Source of the DNA: Amoebophrya sp. A120 | Lineage: Eukaryota; Protista; Dinoflagellata | Direction: 5' to 3' | Length of the DNA: 64,000 bases | Assembly: GCA_905178155.1 (NCBI GenBank) | Contig: CAJINV010000009.1 | Coordinates: 310,001 to 374,000 of the forward strand | Shown: positions 34,710 to 47,526 of the stretch, piece by piece | Position numbering within the stretch: the stretch's first letter is position 1 | How the letters are laid out: each line of letters begins with the position of its first letter | Made by a program: the position numbers and the translations under genes | The notes under the pieces: model-generated | Database searches by the model: none | Seen by the model: the letters and a program-made list of their open reading frames with translations, nothing else | What the model was told of the DNA's origin: nothing

Positions 34710-37130
34710 ATGTTCATGTTAATTGATTTGCTGCCACTTCTAGTGGGTCTGGGCTCTCTTTTACTGAATGCGTGTGGAAGCGCAGCCTCCATCAGCAAAG
34801 TTGGTCGGGAACAAGAGGAATCGTCTCGCCACGACAGCATCGCTCCTTCACATACCTGTACCTGGTGCCCCTCCATCATCGGTCTCGGGAACCAAAAAAC
34901 CGGCACCACCGCTGTCGCGCACGCGGTGAATTTTCTCTTGCAGGAGGTGGGAAAATGGAAGAGCGAGGACATTTCGCTTCTCGTGGACCCACCAGAGATC
35001 GACTTCATCCGGCAACATCGGGGGAGGACAAATTTTTCGCACCCGTTGAGCGACTGGGAGATCTGTGCGAGGTTGCGCCAGGCGAGAAGGCGCGACGACC
35101 GGCGGCTTGGGAGGGAGGATAGCCTCGCGGAACTGGATGCTACTCGTCGGGATAAAGCAAAGGAAAGCCTGGTGCTCGTGAAAAGAACAGAAGAAACTGA
35201 ACGAACAAAAGCTCCTTCAACGCCAGCCCAAGACGAAAATGTTGAGCAACATCTAACAATTTTGAAGGTCCCCTCCATTCTCCCGCACCTTCCCCGGTTC
35301 CAGCAGGTCTGTCCCTCAAGCAAATTCTACCACGTGATCCGCTCGCCCTTGCAGAACACGCGCTCCCTGCTCGACCGCCTGGCTCACCTTGGCGGGGACG
35401 CGCAGAAACAGACCATGGCGGGCACACTGATGACGCTGCTGTTACATGACAAGCGACCGGATTTGTGGCAGCAGTACATTGCGAAGACGAACCTGAACGA
35501 CCAAACGGCCGTGATGGAAGAGGCCTGGGAAGAGGTGATGAACGAGCCACTGGAGCCGCAGCTTTTGATATCCGTCGGCATTGACCCGGAGCGCCTTAGA
35601 CGGGTGCGCATGGAGCAGCAGAGACGCGACGAAGAGGAAGAGAAAAGCGTCGGAGGTGGTGGAAGTAGTGCCCCTGCAGCTCGAGAGGGGACGTCGTCGC
35701 AACAAGTGGAGCTGCATGACGGGCAAGGTGTGAAACTTGTGGGAAAAACCACCGCAACGTCAGAGGTAGAGTCCGAAGACTACCTGCAAGATCACAAGAC
35801 CGAGCGGAAGCGGCACCAAGTCGACATTATGACGCAGTACGATCTACGGGACGTGCAGCTGCGGTTTGACCTGGAACACCAGGGCCGGATGCGGTGGGAA
35901 AGCTTTGTGAAGAAATTTGCGGAGCGGCACCTCGGGAAATCGAAGTCCGGGGCGGAGAACTGCCGCTTGTACCACGATTTGTTACTCAACATTGAACACG
36001 AAACCTGGCACGCCATCGTCAACGAAACGAGGCAACAGATTTCGCTCCTGGCGAGTGGAGATAGGTGGCGTGGTGTTGTTTCTCCAGGGCTTGATGTTGT
36101 TGATACAGATGGTGCAGGAGGACGAGTTGCTGTTACCGATCTTCACCTAGGTAGGTCACCGGAAGGGGAGCGAGAAGGCACTGTCGTGGCGCTAAAACAA
36201 AAGAATGTGCCCCAGAACTCCTGCGTCGCCGGGTTCGTATCAAGATGGATTGATTTTGCGCTTCCGCTCGTGGAGGCAGCTTCCGGAGAATTGACTCCAA
36301 CGTCAGCGGCCTCTGCTGCCCCTGCCTCTGCATCCGTGTACGCGCAACTGCAAACACGTCGGAAGTCAGGACCAGGATCACAGGCAAATCAAGCCCACGA
36401 TGACGAAAAGGGAGATGAGACGACACAGAGAGAGGCCCTGGGACTCCGACTCCGGCCGGAAGTAAGGGTGCTGCAGCCGCTTCTCGAATCGCCACCTGAA
36501 GCTGCTGGAGGAGAAGGAGAGTCTTCAGCTTTTAGAGGAGCAAGCTCTACTATTCCGGTCCTCCGCTACGAAGACTTTCGAAAGTTTCCAGGCGAGAGTA
36601 TCGTTGCGCTGGTTAATGCTTTAGGGATCAAGACAAGGCCCGAGAACAACTACATGGACCATACTAGCGACCACCCCAAAGATTTTAAAAATCGGACCTT
36701 TTCGATCCAAGCCGCGCGCGAGTCCGACTCGTTCCAACACGCTGCGCGAATTCAACTGCAGCCGCGGGGCTGGGGACACGGAAAGTCCTTGTCGCAGATT
36801 TTTTCGCGATCGGACTGCCGAAACTTCTTCGGGCAGGAAGGTAGAATAATACGAAACCAAAAAGGCGTAGATATTGAACGTTTACCCGTAAAAATACAGC
36901 CTCTCACAAGTAGTGGTAGATCAAACACACTACAGCATAGCAGGAAAAGGAGCTACGATTTTGGCACTATTGGTGAACTGTTGCAATCGATTGCGCCACT
37001 CTTTGGATACTTTCCTGGTATTGACGACAACGGTTTTTGTGTGGAAAAAGTAGTCGAATATTCTTCTAGAGCTAATCTGGTGCTGCACGCAACCACGACG
37101 CCTACAAGCGTGTTCGTGGATGTGCTTTAA
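34710..37130 (+). CDS. Sulfotransferase-like protein with signal peptide/anchor (806 aa)
   Basis: Hydrophobic N-terminus, 5'-PSB-like IIGLGNQKTGTTAV, 3'-PB-like FYHVIRSPLQNTRS, and VLRYEDF. Confidence 0.72.
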   Translation: MFMLIDLLPLLVGLGSLLLNACGSAASISKVGREQEESSRHDSIAPSHTCTWCPSIIGLGNQKTGTTAVAHAVNFLLQEVGKWKSEDISLLVDPPEIDFIRQHRGRTNFSHPLSDWEICARLRQARRRDDRRLGREDSLAELDATRRDKAKESLVLVKRTEETERTKAPSTPAQDENVEQHLTILKVPSILPHLPRFQQVCPSSKFYHVIRSPLQNTRSLLDRLAHLGGDAQKQTMAGTLMTLLLHDKRPDLWQQYIAKTNLNDQTAVMEEAWEEVMNEPLEPQLLISVGIDPERLRRVRMEQQRRDEEEEKSVGGGGSSAPAAREGTSSQQVELHDGQGVKLVGKTTATSEVESEDYLQDHKTERKRHQVDIMTQYDLRDVQLRFDLEHQGRMRWESFVKKFAERHLGKSKSGAENCRLYHDLLLNIEHETWHAIVNETRQQISLLASGDRWRGVVSPGLDVVDTDGAGGRVAVTDLHLGRSPEGEREGTVVALKQKNVPQNSCVAGFVSRWIDFALPLVEAASGELTPTSAASAAPASASVYAQLQTRRKSGPGSQANQAHDDEKGDETTQREALGLRLRPEVRVLQPLLESPPEAAGGEGESSAFRGASSTIPVLRYEDFRKFPGESIVALVNALGIKTRPENNYMDHTSDHPKDFKNRTFSIQAARESDSFQHAARIQLQPRGWGHGKSLSQIFSRSDCRNFFGQEGRIIRNQKGVDIERLPVKIQPLTSSGRSNTLQHSRKRSYDFGTIGELLQSIAPLFGYFPGIDDNGFCVEKVVEYSSRANLVLHATTTPTSVFVDVL

Positions 37131-37417
37131 AAGTATTTATCTAGAACGTGCGGGCACGGTGTTGCAAAAGTACTTAGTTGCGAAGCGGGAAGATACATCA
37201 TAGAGCTGGAGTTGTGGGAGAGCTGATTTTGTTGCTCATCATCTTGGCTTTGAGTGTGATCGCTTTGTTTCTTGTTGTGCGATTTGTTTGAGGAGCAGGG
37301 TGAGATTGGAATTGTTGGTTAATGAATGCATGGAGCGGGTGGACGAGATTTGTCATTGTCGCCACTGCAGAACTAGGACTAGCTCCGTCTGGTATTGCGC
37401 GCCATCCGAGCAAAGGC

Positions 37418-38400
37418 ATGTCGTCTAGTGCCATTGCACCTAACTCCACTTCTGCTGAGACAACTGACGTTAGCATGTCGTCCCGGCCTCAAGTCGAAAG
37501 CGGAGCAGGACAAGAGCAGCTCCCCGTGCCCTCCGGATCGATGGCAGTCGAAGCGGAGGAAGGTGGCGCGTCGGCCTCCGGAGTAGTGGTGGACTCCTCT
37601 ACTACTGCTGCGAACGATCCGGCACCGGCAACGGATGGACAAGCCTGCAACGTGGGGGAGAAGAAACTATCTTCACAGCAGGCAACCGGTGCAGGTCCTG
37701 GCGCAAAAACTTCTTCTAAGACCGGGTCGACAAAATCGCCAACGCCTAGTAGTGGTTCCTCCTCCAGTAGTTCCTCCACCGGAGCAGCAGGGGGCGCAAC
37801 CAGCCACCCGGAGGTTCAGGAAGAAGACCGCATGGTGGTAGAGCAGGACCCGGGGAGAATAGAAGATCCGGCAGCTGGTGGTGGCGCGGCAGCGACCACA
37901 ACTTCCGCGAACCAGATCAAGACTCCTGCTCAGTCCTCAAGCCAGCCGCCCGCGTCAGCGGAACCGGTCGCACACATCAAAACCTTTGTGCACACCGGGC
38001 CCAGCAGTGTGGGCATGTCGAACGACAACAGGCCAGTGCTGAATTTGGGTCTGTCATTCAAGCTGCCGATTAACGAGCTCTTCGACGCGATCTGCAGGTG
38101 ATGGATTTTTCGGATCTTTGTTTTTCAACCTGGAGTATGAGTGGGAAGGAAATGGCATTCATATGGATGCAAAGAAAATGTATTTCGTTGAGAACGCAAA
38201 TGCAAACGCGAACGCGCAAAATCTATGATCAACTGAAATCGAAACTTAGGTACCAAGATCGACTTGATGCAGAGGAGCAAGAGCTGCGATCGGCGCACAG
38301 CATCACCGCACCTCCGTCCTCCACGGTTGGGGCCGATGCAGCTGCGGCAACCAGCTTGGCAAGTGAAAACGGGGCTGTTGGGCCAGACGTGCTGAGCTAG
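37418..38400 (+). CDS. Low-complexity hypothetical protein, 2 exons (37418-38097, 38250-38400)
   Basis: GT-AG intron 38098-38249 joins DAICR|YQDRLDAEEQE in frame. Confidence 0.6.
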
Positions 38401-39997
38401 CACGAGCACGAGCAGCTGCATGATCGCTGACAGGTTCGGCGCATTTAGGCCCTCGAGGTGGTGGGTCAAAAAATATGGATATGCGCCGAGAAATATAGAG
38501 AAAATTATTTTTTAGCTATCGTGGTGCGAACGATGTACCTGCCACTACATCATGTTTTGATATGTCGGAAGTGAGTTCGATTCTAATGGTCGAGAGCTAG
38601 AGCACGTTTTTCTTTCTCAGACACCAGTAAAATTTTTACCGTTTTTTTGAGTTTTGCGCAACTTCTATGGCGGTTCGTTTTCATTTTTTTAAGCACTAGC
38701 ACGATGATGCACAGTCATTGCTAATGGGTCACCCGCTACCGGTCTGCGAAGGTGTACGGCATGCTGTAGGTTCGGGTAAAAGTTTGTACGATGTCAAAAG
38801 TTCGTATATGGTTTTTCATTTCAAGGTTTATTTATTTTGGATTGCAAAGGCTCAAGCTGGCACTTATGCATTTGGCGTTTTCTTGATGCAGCACTTCGCA
38901 ATCGGGCAGTTTTGTTTTGTATCGTGTGCGAATGCGAAGCTTGTGCAAATGCGATCACCCGCGTCTCCTTTCCCTGTGGTGATTTTGTCACAAAGAGCGA
39001 GATGCAGTAGAGGCTTCGATTCAAGGCCCATATGTGTCTTGTTGTGCTTGATGTCGTTTTCTTTTTGTCTGGCCATCGCCATCAGTGTATGTTTCGGGCC
39101 TCAGTGGTCGACAGACAGTTGACGATTTAAAATTATGTTGAACTGTTACCCCGACACTCATTTCTCCGAGTTCATGTTTTGGAATTGGATCGCAACGGAA
39201 ACGTCGCAATCGAGCGAGGTTCTCCTTGTCTTGGGATCTGATGGACTCGAATGGCAAAGAAACGAGTATGAGATAACGACAACAGCACTGTAGCATTTAT
39301 CGTGATAATCCTGAACCTCGACCTGTTAAAGGCCCCTACTTTACAACTCAAGAAGTAGTACATCTTCTAGGCGGCACGCGCCGACATTGATGATTGCGGC
39401 TAAAGCTCAATCGCGCGAAGATGCAACGCGGGCACGGCAGTTGCAGTGGACGACACACATAAAAGAAAGAAGTACGTCGCTGCAAAGAAAACACAAAGAA
39501 GAAAATGTTTCGTGATTATTAGCCATGGATTTCCGGTAAAACTAAAACTTAAAGCAGAACCAGAAGACGAGAATTAAATTCTTACGATAACATTATTTGT
39601 GGTTGATTGTTGGAGTTTTTTGCAGTTGTTCATCCAGACCATCACCATGTTCTTGTTCCAAAAGTAAAAGAAAAATCCACCGGGCGGTAGTTCACAGATT
39701 CAATGAAAGGAGCGGTCACATCAAATTTACCATGAAAAAGCACGAAAATCTAGTACTTCCTCTTGTGATCTCGCTGCATGTTTTCAGGAATCAGTCAACG
39801 GATCAGTGGTATACAGAAATTTTGAAACTACAACTAGAACTGAATTGGAAATACTTATAATCTTTCGCAGCGCTACTTCGGATTCTACTAAATGTGTCGT
39901 CCTGCTATTTTTCCAGAAGACGCATAAGCGCAAAATTCGAAGGTGTTAATTTTCAGACAATCGACTTTGTTCGGAAGACAGAAACGACAGAAAAAAG

Positions 39998-40999
39998 ATG
40001 AATCGAAATGCTCACCGTGACCGGCCAGCAGCCCGGGAGCGTAGCCGTAGCGTGCAGAAGCGACGGCCGTCTGCGGGTGGTCCGCAACAGGACATGTTTA
40101 AGAACGGCGACCGCACACTGCGCATCCGCAATCTGTCCCGCAACGTGGAGGAGCCGCACTTGCGCGAAATTTTCAAAGCCTACGGAACCGTAAAAAGGGC
40201 ACTGATCGGGCGCGACCAGAAATGCAACGTCAATCTCGGGTACGGTCTCGTCGAGATGTATGGAAGCGTCAGGTTTGAAATCGACAAAGTTGAAATGATT
40301 TATCATGCATAAAATGGATGCCAGTTGCAACCCAGGTTGCAAGTGGCGCATGACAAATTTGGTTGGAGCCGAAATCCAGTTTGTCATGCTGCTTCGGCAC
40401 AGAAGATAGCTTTTGTCATGCTACTTTAGCAGCTCTGTCCCAAACCCTAAACAGGCTCACAATCGGCCTCACTTGCCATCCCTGCAACACAGGCACTTCA
40501 TGCTTTGCATTTTATGCATGACAAACCATTTCAACTTTGACGATTTCAATCCTGACACATCCATAAGATGGCAACCTTCAAGGAGGCGGAGCAGGCGGCG
40601 GATTGTTTTCACGGCGGCTGGATCGATGGTAAGGAGGTGGCCGTCACCATTGCAGATCCGGACGCCGGGCGTGCCGGGACCGACAGCGACAAAAATCAGG
40701 TAGCGTCGAAAAAGGACGTCACCAACAAGCCAGGGCGCGCCGCAGGGGCCTCGACAAGAGGTGGGGGCACGACTTCTACGGCGAAAAATACTAAAGCCGC
40801 CGCCAAGCAAGCAGCAGCCCGGGGCAAGAAGGTGCAGCGGAAGCAAGTCGTGGAGTCTTCCTCAAGTAGCGAGTCAGACAGCGGCAACAGTTCCTCGTCC
40901 AGCGGAGAAGCAAATTCCTCCTCCTCAGAAGAGGAGGAGGAAAACTCATCGTCCTCGGAGTCAGAAGAGTCAGTGCGACCCAGAAAGAAAAGGGCTTGA
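39998..40999 (+). CDS. RNPS1/SR45-like RRM protein, interrupted by introner E6
   Basis: Reconstructed RRM: LRIRNLSRNVEEPHLREIFKAYGTVK...LGYGLVEM|ATFKEAEQAADCFHGGWIDGKEVAVTIA, which resembles the RNPS1 RNVTKDHIMEIF...GGQIDGQEI pattern. Ser-rich tail. Confidence 0.8.
40259..40565. mobile_element. Introner E6 (307 bp), TSD AGATG
   Basis: TIR of about 58 bp: TATGGAAGCGTCAGGTTTGAAATCGACAAAGTTGAAATG... / ...CATTTCAACTTTGACGATTTCAATCCTGACACATCCATA. AGATG occurs at 40254-40258 and 40566-40570. Confidence 0.93.
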
Positions 41000-42312
41000 T
41001 GAAGACATGTCGATGGTGTAGACGTAGCCTCTGCATTTGTCTTCCATGTGATTTTTTTAGCAGATCGGATTACTACAATCGCCACTGGGTTTATCGTGGG
41101 GGTGCAACTGCTTTCTCCATCTCCGGTAGCGTAAGTCGTGCCGGACTAAAGTAGTCGTGTCATTCAAAGGTCGTGAAAACAAGGACAGGAGATGATATTC
41201 GAGGGGAGCCTCACTCTTTGTGGAGGCAAGAGCGCCTTCTTCAATAGGGTGAACTTTACAAAAGCGACAAACCATCAATGAAACACCGCACAAGCATAAG
41301 AGTTATCTTGAAAGGTGAACTGGAAAACTTCGCTTTTCGCGTACATCCTTCTTTTCGTGACGGGAAAAGCAAGATGAAAGGGTACCGGAGAGAATAGAGT
41401 CACCTGAGTTCTTGCAGCTGCACATGATCCCAGACCTTGTCGCGATAAAAAAAACAAAAATGAGAGGCTCGTTGAGAAGCTCCGAAAATGTAAGCAGGTA
41501 GACAAATCGATCCACCACTTCGATCCTCTCTGAAGATCTGTGGGTAATTAGGATACACGACAAGATCTCCTCCGAAGAATTCTGCTGTGCTAGATCTTCA
41601 CGAAATGTTGAAAATACGCGATCAAGCACGATGGCACAACGCAGCCTTTCTTGAGATCATTGCTGCTTCTCGGTAAAAAAAATCGATCACCAAAAAGAAC
41701 ACGTTCTGATGTCGTGGGCTCATTGTCCGGGCCCCTTCGCTCGCAATAAATCGTCGTTCGTCACTTGTTAGGCTCGTTTGTATTTGTAGCAACAGTTCAA
41801 TAGGAGCTGTAGCGATTTTTCGTTCTTCTTTCGCATCACTCACAGCAGAGCAATCAGAATCATTCAACTGAAGTTGCAAACTTTTCGTGGTAAAGCTAGC
41901 CTTAACGCTTATCTTTTGACGACCCCATTGCTAGCATCGAGCGTTTAATTATTGTATAAGCTTCTTCGTTAACCCTTTGCCCCCTTCAACTTCTTTATCC
42001 CCGCATGCTGGCAGAAGCGGAATAGGCGTTGTGATGACCACTTCAAGAGCGGATTCCTTTGTAGACGAAGACAAGGTTTTTACGTATTCCACCACCCTCG
42101 CTGCGTTGTTCATCGTGCTTTCTATTCTCTGTATTTCGACGCTGTCCCCCTCGCTAGAAGACGAATTTCTCCACTTTACCGACCTCGTCATTGCCACTCT
42201 TATCAACAAGGAGCTCAACTAAACGCAAAGAAACTAACATTCTGAATTGCTATATTTGCCTACTTTATATCGCATTTCCGTCCCCGAGCTTTATTGTCTT
42301 GGCAAAAAAATC

Positions 42313-43293
42313 ATGTTCAGCCCAGCTAGTACAAGCAGTCGAGCAAGCGCCATTGGTGTGGCTGCGTCGAAGAGCTTTCCGCGGCCGATGGGGGGCAGCG
42401 CACCTTCGAAGCGTGTTACTCTGGCGTTTATTTCGCCAAACAGTCAGATCCGCACTGCGGCCACGTCGCAGCTGTTTCGGCGGAAGCACGCCAGCCTAAC
42501 GGTGAATCCCACGTGGTCCAACAAAAGTACTACTTTGTCGACGGCCACGCGGGCAATCCAATGCGAAAACTTGAAGAGCAGCATGGCAAAACTGGAGAAA
42601 TTGGGGATCAACGACTACTGCAACAAGGAAGTTGTAACCACGACTGTGAGCACTGGGAATGGGAATACTACAAGCAAAGTGGCTGTAAAGGGAGCAAAGA
42701 ATACCGACTTTTCGAATGTCTGCTGCTCCTCTGATCCGTCCATGCACCAGTATGACCCGAAGATGATGGATCTTGACGCTCTGGTCCGTATCACGACCCC
42801 CGAGGTCTGCCAGATGGAGCTAGAGCGACGCGGGCGGGTGCTGTTTCCTGATCTGTTGACAGGAGGAGCGAGTTCCTCTTTTTCACCGGAGCAGACGGAT
42901 GGTACACATCAAGGCGGAACGAGTCAAGACCACAATAAGAATGCAAAAGAAGTTCTTATTTCTGATGTCGCCCGCACGAAGTCGGAGGCACTCGAGGTTT
43001 CGCAGCTGCGAATGTACATGAGGAGCGAGTACGACCGGCACGTGTCTGAAGTGGTGGAAAAATTGGTGAAGCCCCGGGACGCCGCGTTTCGGCGCAACAC
43101 GTTTTGGCGGGATTTCTCCCCGGCGTTGCCCGTGCTTGGGGCGGTTGCCGCGGTGGGTTACGTGTGTAGTACCGCGTGCAGGCTGTGCTCCAAGGCCTTC
43201 TGGCAAGGGGAAAAGAGCGGCGCAAAAAAAACGGGCGAATCGCGCTGGTGCCAGGCGACAGGAGACTATCCCTTAGCAGTCGCGACCTTGTGA
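42313..43293 (+). CDS. Hypothetical protein with transit-peptide-like N-terminus and C-terminal hydrophobic helix
   Basis: Ser/Arg/Ala-rich, acid-free N-terminus; LPVLGAVAAVGYVC near the C-terminus. Confidence 0.6.
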   Translation: MFSPASTSSRASAIGVAASKSFPRPMGGSAPSKRVTLAFISPNSQIRTAATSQLFRRKHASLTVNPTWSNKSTTLSTATRAIQCENLKSSMAKLEKLGINDYCNKEVVTTTVSTGNGNTTSKVAVKGAKNTDFSNVCCSSDPSMHQYDPKMMDLDALVRITTPEVCQMELERRGRVLFPDLLTGGASSSFSPEQTDGTHQGGTSQDHNKNAKEVLISDVARTKSEALEVSQLRMYMRSEYDRHVSEVVEKLVKPRDAAFRRNTFWRDFSPALPVLGAVAAVGYVCSTACRLCSKAFWQGEKSGAKKTGESRWCQATGDYPLAVATL

Positions 43294-44899
43294 AGGAGAA
43301 AAGAGCAGCTCATGCTTCCACGTGTATAAATGAAAACTCATGACTCTTCACGGCGCGCATCCATGGCCGATGATGAAAACACAATACATCAGTGATGTTT
43401 ATTTGCACTGACAATGACATCGAAAACACGAGGTAAACATACACAGCATCGTGTGTGAATTAATACTCCGAGAAGTTTCGAGTAACAGCCACACAGTAAA
43501 GTATTAAGTATGTATTGACGAACTCGAAGTAAAATTGTACTTACTGAATAGTGCTTAGTCGTACATGATGTTGACTAGTAGTCAATCTGGGAGGACACAA
43601 GTGCAGGAGTCCCTCCGGCAAGCATAGTAGAGTGACATCATAAGGGAATTTTATGGCCGAATGCGAATGCTATACTTTTTGTCTTCAAGACTAAGACACC
43701 GACAAAGTGAAAGGCATGGGAAACGACACTAACATCAACATACACGAACGCGACCATGCAAGAATCAGCATAGAATTATCATCCAACAACACGAAGAGCA
43801 GCACAAGAAAACATTTTATTTTATTCGACGAAGGCTGGTGCAGCGAGCAGCAGCTGGACTGGTCTTGTCTATTAAATACAGGAAGGAACGCTGCAACAAG
43901 ATCTTCATGTCGTGTTCGACTGCAACAATAGAATGCGATCGAGACCACATGAGATGGACATTGAGAGACGTCGAATCGTACCATGACTGGGAATTGGAAT
44001 CGAACGAGTCGCCCTCCGAGACCGTGGCTTCTTATCATGGTCTTGCGCGCCAACCTGTACCTGCCATAGATGGCTTCAGAATTGCATTCACATGGTAAGC
44101 GCTGAAGTACTTAAGTTTAGTAGAAGAATATTTTCTCGTCGTCATTTTATTAGCGTGATTGTTGCTTCTCTCGAAGTTTCTCGTTTGTACTCAGAGCTCT
44201 GACGACGTAGCACTGGTGGAGCTGATTCAGTTTGTAGGTCCTCGAAGAATCTATGCTACACAGATCATACAGACAAATCACGCGGCTAGCTTTTGCAACA
44301 CCGCTATTGAAACTGCTGGCGTTCCTGCCGTTTCTTTGCTGAGAAACAGAAATCATGAAGAATCAGAGAAATTTAGAAATCAGAATCACAGACGAGTGAA
44401 GTTTTTTACGCAGAACTGAGTAAGAGCTCGAACATAATTACCCACTCATTCTGTTTGCGTTTCAAAAAGTGATTGTAGCTTTGTCGTACCCAGTGCATTC
44501 CTTCAGCAGCAACCAAGCACCGCTTTTTGTCTCTTCCTTCCCTTCTATCGCGCACCTTTTTTATTGCCAACGCTGATTGTTTAAGAAACGCCAGCACGTG
44601 CCGGCTCAACTTATTTTCAGACAACAAGTATGTGTTATTTTCAGACACCGGAGTGATACTACAGCTATTTGAATTTTTAATACGGCTTCACCACTGCGCC
44701 ACTATTTAATTGATTGTGCTTAGGCACTTGGGACGATTATAGCAGGGTGAAGATATTATCCAAGCAACATGTTGTCGCGCTTATAAAACAGCTAAAGTAG
44801 CAGGCCACGAGGAGGCGGATGAAAAAATAGACGCAAGCGAGCGCTTTACGTTCTATGCAACCCAGATAACGAACGTACGAAAGAGAAATTAAGACCAAA

Positions 44900-46438
44900 A
44901 TGCCGCCGTCTGCGAAATGCCTGAAGCGAATCCAGAAGGACATGATGAATGTCCAGGCTCTCAGCCTAGAGACGAATGGCTGTTGGGTGGATCCGCAGAC
45001 GTTCGACAAGCCAGAGTGGCACGTCTACATCCAAGGTACAACATTTTCTGCTTCATAAAAGAGCCTACGTTGTAAAACTAGAAAGAATTACGCTGGTGGC
45101 ACCATGGAAGTTAATTTGTACTGGTAGGTCGGAAACAGAGTGGTCAACGTTGAACATTCGTTTCTCTTCCTCGCATGAAAGAAGATAAACTCCGTACTAA
45201 AAAAATCCCCAAATCAGGTCCAGTGAAGACGGTATGGGAGAAGGGAGTGTTCAAGCTAAAAATGTCATTCCCCGATAACTACCCTTTCGACCCAATAAAA
45301 ATCAACTTCGACAAGGGCATATACCACCCAAACGTCGGCACCGGGGGAACCATCTGTCTCGACGTATTTGCTTTTTGTTTTGATCGTTTTCCGTTCTATT
45401 TTCATCAATCTTTGCACTGTACGTTGTCATATCATGCAAATGCTTGTTGACGTCCTACAATGAAGAGTACTTGAACAACAAACAGATCATCAAGAAAGAC
45501 GCCTGGTCACCCTCTTACACTCTGCAATCGGTGTTCACCAGCATTCGCTCTCTTCTTTGCGACCCGAATCCCGACTCCCCCATGAATGGCGACTCTGCAC
45601 GAGCATACACTAAGGACAAAAAGGTACTACATTCTCGCTTGCTGACTGTGTTGTTCGATTCAAATTTATTTGCATCTGTTCTGCTCCTGTGCGTATCACC
45701 GTGCAGCATTGTTATGTATGTTGCAGCGTGCGCCTGCAAAAGCAAATACGCTAGTGGCCACTACAGCAGCCAATCGTAAATGTTTCCTTCCCTATCCCCA
45801 TTTCTCAGGCTTACGAGCGCAAAGTCCACGAGACGATCGAGAAGCATGGGAAGTGCCTCCCTACCCACAAGCGGCAGACGCAGCACAGCGAAAAACCGGA
45901 TTCGAAGACGCTGGATCGCCTCAAGCAGCAGGAATGTAGCGGAGCGGGCGGCGCGGCCGCGAGCTCGTCGTCTGCGGCCTCTGCCGCCAACAACAAAACA
46001 ACGACGGCGAACCAGTCTTCGGGCCCCGGTGCAGCGACAACAAAAGGGGCGTCCGCATCGTCCACGTCGTTCTTCTCAGCGCTGAGCGCATCCGCATCTG
46101 GCCTTTTCGGCTCCGCCTTGGGAAGGACAGGCACGAATCCGAATGCCACCACAACAGCAAGTGCGCCGGCTGCGTCGACGATCAACAACAAGCGCACCAC
46201 CTCAAAAGATCAGACAAGCGGGGGCGCGAAGCAGCCCGCAGCAAAAAAAAGAAAAAGGAGCGGAAGTGCGGGTAGCCCCAAGAGAACTTCAAGCAAGCAG
46301 GGTGGTTCAGCGGGAAACAGTAGCGCAGCAGGAGCGTCTTCATCCGCCGCTGCGGTGCCGCCGCCCGCCCCGAATGCGGCGAATCGCGCTCCTCCAGCTG
46401 GGGGCAACGATGTCATCATCTTGTCTGATAGCGATTGA
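44900..46438 (+). CDS. Ubiquitin-conjugating enzyme E2 with long disordered C-terminal tail, 4 exons (44900-45035, 45218-45363, 45486-45623, 45809-46438)
   Basis: KRIQKD...WHVYIQ|GPVKTVWEKGVFKLKMSFPDNYPFDP...IYHPNVGTGGTICLD|IIKKDAWSPSYTLQSVFTSIRSLLCDPNPDSPMN. HPN motif and catalytic Cys are intact; introns are GT-AG. Confidence 0.92.
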
Positions 46439-47526
46439 GGTGCTGGAGCAAAGGACGAAAAACGTAAGTGCTGGAATACGGACTACAACTACTTCGACTC
46501 CTTTTGTTTCCCTTATATATCCACCCATGGCGCCCCCTGCGACTCTTGAAACGTCTCTTTCTACTCCTACGTTTACTTGTCTGCAGTTTGTCGAAGCGAT
46601 CGGGCAAGGTAGTTATAGCAAAATTGAATCTGTACACCACCACAACGTCTGATTTCTCACTCAAGCTTCAAAGCGACAATAGCGAAGCCCCTGTATAAGT
46701 CGAGCGGGATGTTTTCAAGGGTACCCTTGGAGTACGCACCGCAGGGCCCGGCTTCGACGATTTTTGAAATAGAGTTCCACGCACTTTCAGTAGGCTTGAC
46801 TTGTTGCGTTTTTGTGAAAAATATAAATACATCAAAGTTGTCGTCAAGGTCGGGTTTTCTTTCGTAATCGTGTCTTCGAATTTGAAACAGGATTAGAATT
46901 TTTGTCATGTAATATATGAAAAGAGATAGTATGTACCCTTCGCTGTGTTTTTCCTCGTGAATGCCAAATATTGAGTTAAGTTCTGCATTCTCTCGTCATC
47001 TTGAATAAAAACAAAGAAGCTTGCCTTTTCTAGTTTGCTAGTTTGATGTATCTTCCCTTTGCGACGAGATGGACCACCGCGCTCTGCAATCGGACACAAA
47101 AACAAATGAAACGGTAGTGATAAAAGATGAAGATTCCAAAAAGGATTCACCTCGAGTCTGACTTTGCGTTTTGGCTTGAATAGGACGAATCTTCGTTTCT
47201 TTCCGCGTGTTGTCGTCACGAGGGATTCGTCCTTTGCGATCAGGCGCATAGGGGCCAGCTGCAGCACTGCCATGTGAATCGCTTAGAACGCTTCAGAATT
47301 CGTTTTGACATCGATCGTTGAGTAAGAGGCAGCGTCGCCACCACTCCTAGTCCAGTACAGTCCAGTAAGATTTCATGTTTCAAGCATTGGCGGGTTGCAA
47401 AAGAAAAAGAGAAACAACGATCTGTAGATTTACTGCACAAGAATTAAAAGCCACAGCGCCAGGAGCCGTGTCCGTCACGCCGTCCCCAAGAATGAAGTCA
47501 TCAAAATCCTATCAAAAGCAGACGCG

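Noticed and set aside
41303-42218. Three short minus-strand ORFs that could form a gene
   Set aside because: No recognisable domain, no convincing splice path, and they oppose the gene block orientation.
43838-44098. Possible plus-strand exon ending at a GTAAGC donor
   Set aside because: It could not be joined into a coherent gene model; left uncalled.
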